Below are positions 28,886 through 32,000 of a DNA stretch of 32,000 nucleotides, in pieces; the stretch's first letter is position 1, and the number at the start of each line of letters is the position of its first letter. This DNA comes from Bacillus subtilis subsp. subtilis str. 168 (GTDB lineage: Bacteria > Bacillota > Bacilli > Bacillales > Bacillaceae), in assembly GCF_000009045.1 (NCBI RefSeq), contig NC_000964.3:4170001-4202000 (forward strand), read 5' to 3'. A model generated the notes under the pieces. The model ran no database searches. It had not been told where the DNA came from and worked only from the letters and a program-made list of their open reading frames with translations. Position numbers and translations under genes: made by a program.

Positions 28886-29404
28886 TTAGAATGGAAGATC
28901 ATCATCCGAGATGTCAATCGGTTTGCCGTCGTTGGCAAATGGGTCATCATTAAAGCTGTTCCCCTGATTGCGTCTCTGGTTGTTTTGATTTCCCCCAAAT
29001 GGATTATCATTTTGGCCTCCGCCAAAGTACTGGCCTCCGCCGCTGTTTCCTTCGTTGTATCCACCTGAACCAGAACCGCCGCCGTTTTTCGGCTCAAGAA
29101 ATTGAACACTTTCAGCTTGGACCTCTGTCACGAAGACACGCTGTCCTTGCTGGTTTTCATAGTTTCTTGTTTGTAAACGGCCATCTACGCCTGCAAGGCT
29201 TCCTTTTTTCAAGAAGTTTGCAACGTTTTCGGCTTGTCTTCTCCAAGTGACACAATTAATGAAATCGGCCTCACGTTCTCCGGACTGGTTCGTAAATGTA
29301 CGATTCACAGCAAGAGTAAACGTAGCAACAGCCGCACCGTTTGGCGTATAACGAAGCTCTGGGTCTTTTGTCAGTCTTCCGACTAATACAACTCGGTTAA
29401 GCAT
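28886..29404 (-). CDS. ssbA: Single-stranded DNA-binding protein SsbA
   Basis: [19 protein letters not shown]..; C-terminal DISDDDLPF. Confidence 0.98.
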   Translation of the reverse strand: MLNRVVLVGRLTKDPELRYTPNGAAVATFTLAVNRTFTNQSGEREADFINCVTWRRQAENVANFLKKGSLAGVDGRLQTRNYENQQGQRVFVTEVQAESVQFLEPKNGGGSGSGGYNEGNSGGGQYFGGGQNDNPFGGNQNNQRRNQGNSFNDDPFANDGKPIDISDDDLPF

Positions 29405-29444
29405 AAGAAAGACCACCTTTTACCATTATATATTTCAAAATTGC

Positions 29445-29790
<346 letters not shown>

Positions 29791-29806
29791 TTACTCACAA
29801 TTTTAT

Positions 29807-29835
29807 ATTATACCAAAGCTCTTGTCCCTTTACAA
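29807..29835 (-). promoter_or_regulatory. SigA promoter of the rpsF operon
   Basis: Minus strand TTGTAA - 17 nt - TATAAT. Confidence 0.7.
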
Positions 29836-29842
29836 CTGCATC

Positions 29843-30943
29843 CTATACATTAAATCGGAAATGAATAACATCTCCGTCTTGGACCACATATTCTTTCCCT
29901 TCAAGGCGGACTTTTCCTGCCTCTTTAGCTCCTGCCATACCGCCGCCCGCAAGAAGATCCTCATAAGCAACTGTCTCAGCACGAATGAAGCCCCGCTCAA
30001 AGTCACTATGAATAATTCCTGCACACTCAGGGGCTTTCATGCCTTTTTTGAATGTCCAAGCTCTGACTTCCTGTTCTCCGGCTGTGAAATATGTTGCGAG
30101 GCCGAGAAGAGAGTAAGACGCTTTGATCAGCTGATCAAGACCTGATTCTTGAATGCCCAGCTCTTCCAAGAACATTTGCTTTTCTTCGCCTTCAAGCTCA
30201 GCGATTTCAGATTCGATTTTTGCACACACAACGATAACTTCTGCGTTTTCGCCGGCAGCGTACTCGCGAATCTTCGCTACATTTTCATTGCCAGATGGAT
30301 CAGCAACTTCATCTTCACTTACGTTGGCCACGTACAAAATAGGCTTCGAAGTCAGTAAATGGAGCTGCTTCACAAGCTTTTGCTGCTCTTCAGTGAATTC
30401 TACAGATCGAGCAGGCTTTTCACTCTCAAACGCTTCTTTCAGTTTAGATAAAATCTCAAACTCAAATACAGCGTCTTTATCTTTTTGCTTCGCAAGCTTG
30501 CTGACGCGTGTAATCCGCTTTTCAACTGTTTCCATATCAGCGAGGATCAGCTCAAGGTTGATCGTTTCAATGTCATCAATCGGATCAACCTTTCCGGAAA
30601 CGTGTGTAATGTTGTCATCGGAAAAAGCACGGACAACGTGGCAAATCGCGTCAACTTGGCGAATATGAGATAGGAACTTGTTGCCGAGTCCTTCTCCTTT
30701 AGATGCGCCCTTTACAATCCCTGCAATATCAGTGAATTCAAAAGCAGTCGGCACAGTCTTCTTCGGGTTGACCAGCTCAGTCAGCTTTTGCAGACGATCA
30801 TCCGGCACCTCTACAATTCCCACGTTCGGATCAATTGTACAGAACGGGTAGTTGGCTGATTCGGCACCGGCCTGTGTAATTGCGTTAAATAGTGTTGATT
30901 TTCCGACGTTCGGCAAACCAACAATTCCAGCTGTTAAAGCCAT
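29843..30943 (-). CDS. ychF: Ribosome-binding GTPase YchF/EngD (YyaF)
   Basis: [48 protein letters not shown]; 366 aa. Confidence 0.97.
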   Translation of the reverse strand: MALTAGIVGLPNVGKSTLFNAITQAGAESANYPFCTIDPNVGIVEVPDDRLQKLTELVNPKKTVPTAFEFTDIAGIVKGASKGEGLGNKFLSHIRQVDAICHVVRAFSDDNITHVSGKVDPIDDIETINLELILADMETVEKRITRVSKLAKQKDKDAVFEFEILSKLKEAFESEKPARSVEFTEEQQKLVKQLHLLTSKPILYVANVSEDEVADPSGNENVAKIREYAAGENAEVIVVCAKIESEIAELEGEEKQMFLEELGIQESGLDQLIKASYSLLGLATYFTAGEQEVRAWTFKKGMKAPECAGIIHSDFERGFIRAETVAYEDLLAGGGMAGAKEAGKVRLEGKEYVVQDGDVIHFRFNV

Positions 30944-31069
30944 TCTTTCATCTCCTCTATATAAAACCGTCATTGTATGAACGTATTTTGAACCTAGAGC
31001 AATTATAAGGAGGTTCACTGGAAAAGACAAGCTGACAAAAAAGCATTTTCAGCTTGCCAATCCCTTTGA

Positions 31070-31999
31070 TTATGCTTTTTTCAAGCCTACTAAACAGTCA
31101 AAAAGCGTACTTCCCATTCCATTATCAGAATTTGTATCATTTGTCAGTGCATTGACTGACCCTCCAAAAGCCGCCCACATGCCTTCATCTATATTAATCG
31201 TCTTCGCATGAGCCTGCTTCATCACTTTCACCTTGCCCTTCATGCTTCCGCGGTCATTAAAGATGACAACTTCGTCTCCATCCTGAAGATCCTGCCCAGC
31301 CGCTATATCTGGAGAAATATCGACCTGAACGTGCTGAAGCTTTTCAATAAACGGCACATGCTGTGAATGATTGGAACGCTGCGGATGAATGGATAAGAGC
31401 GTATAAGGGTACTTTCCAGCTAACTCCTCATTATGGAAAACAGATTCTTCGGGCACATTTAATTGAAGCGAGCCGCTAAATCCTTTTTGCTCAGCTAGCG
31501 ACGAAGTAAATTCAAATTTTCCACTCGGCGTCAAAAACTGATAATCATCCCACGGCACCTGTTTTACTGGAAGAGGGAGGTGGCCTTTTTCTTTTAAACG
31601 CTCAAGTGTCACATCCTCTGCTTCCAATGAAGAAAGCCCCATCTCTAAAAATTCTTGAGTGCTGTATTCAAACAGCTCGCCAAACCCAAGACGTTTTGCA
31701 AGCTCTGACCAGATCCAGCTGTCCGATTTCGCTTCACCCTGCGGCTCCACAAGCTTCTTCCCGTACTGAACATAATGATGATACATACTGGAATAGTAGA
31801 TATCTTCTTCTTCAAAAACAGTGGCAGTCGGCAAAACATAATCACACAGCTCTGCGGTATCCGTCATAATGGAATCAATCGCGACCGTCATTGGAACCTT
31901 TTCAAATGCTTGTCTCACCTTATTTGTATTCGGCACCTGAGTCAGCGGATTTCCGCACGTCACAATAATCATCTCAATCGCAGGATCAGCAGCGGTCAA
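31070..31999 (-). CDS. yyaE: Molybdopterin oxidoreductase YyaE, C-terminal part, truncated by the window edge
   Basis: ELCDYVLPTATVFEEEDIYYSSMYHHYVQYGKKLV...LHPQRSNHSQH...DLQDGDEVVIFNDRGSMKGK. Confidence 0.85.
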   Translation of the reverse strand: MTAADPAIEMIIVTCGNPLTQVPNTNKVRQAFEKVPMTVAIDSIMTDTAELCDYVLPTATVFEEEDIYYSSMYHHYVQYGKKLVEPQGEAKSDSWIWSELAKRLGFGELFEYSTQEFLEMGLSSLEAEDVTLERLKEKGHLPLPVKQVPWDDYQFLTPSGKFEFTSSLAEQKGFSGSLQLNVPEESVFHNEELAGKYPYTLLSIHPQRSNHSQHVPFIEKLQHVQVDISPDIAAGQDLQDGDEVVIFNDRGSMKGKVKVMKQAHAKTINIDEGMWAAFGGSVNALTNDTNSDNGMGSTLFDCLVGLKKA

Positions 32000-32000
32000 C

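Noticed and set aside
31606-31869. 87-aa plus ORF at the right edge
   Set aside because: Antisense to the molybdopterin oxidoreductase yyaE; no RBS.

Overview
The window has the gene order and protein content of the oriC-proximal yybO-to-yyaE region of Bacillus subtilis or a very close relative. This assignment comes from recognising the encoded proteins and their order; no database search was run. Core genes are on the right: ccpB, exoA, rpsR-ssb-rpsF and ychF/engD. Accessory genes (transporters, acetyltransferases, resistance-type genes) are on the left and centre. Two patterns stand out. (1) An AT-rich five-gene module (3114-6525) encodes a secreted cysteine-free ~145-aa protein (YybN-like), a hairpin terminator, three half-size membrane permeases and a 218-aa ABC ATPase. 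It has the layout of a bacteriocin-like or toxic-peptide export/immunity system. It is bracketed by extra copies of the 3' end of the MFS gene yybO, with a degenerate IS1182-type transposase at its left edge. (2) The 5' end of yyaL (RBS plus about 50-60 codons) occurs four times in the same orientation (15.87, 17.40, 19.39 and 21.18 kb). These copies partition separate cargo segments (yyaQ-yyaP; tetL; yyaN-yyaM), as if one gene 5' end repeatedly accreted cassettes. No CRISPR array, tRNA, rRNA or prophage was found.
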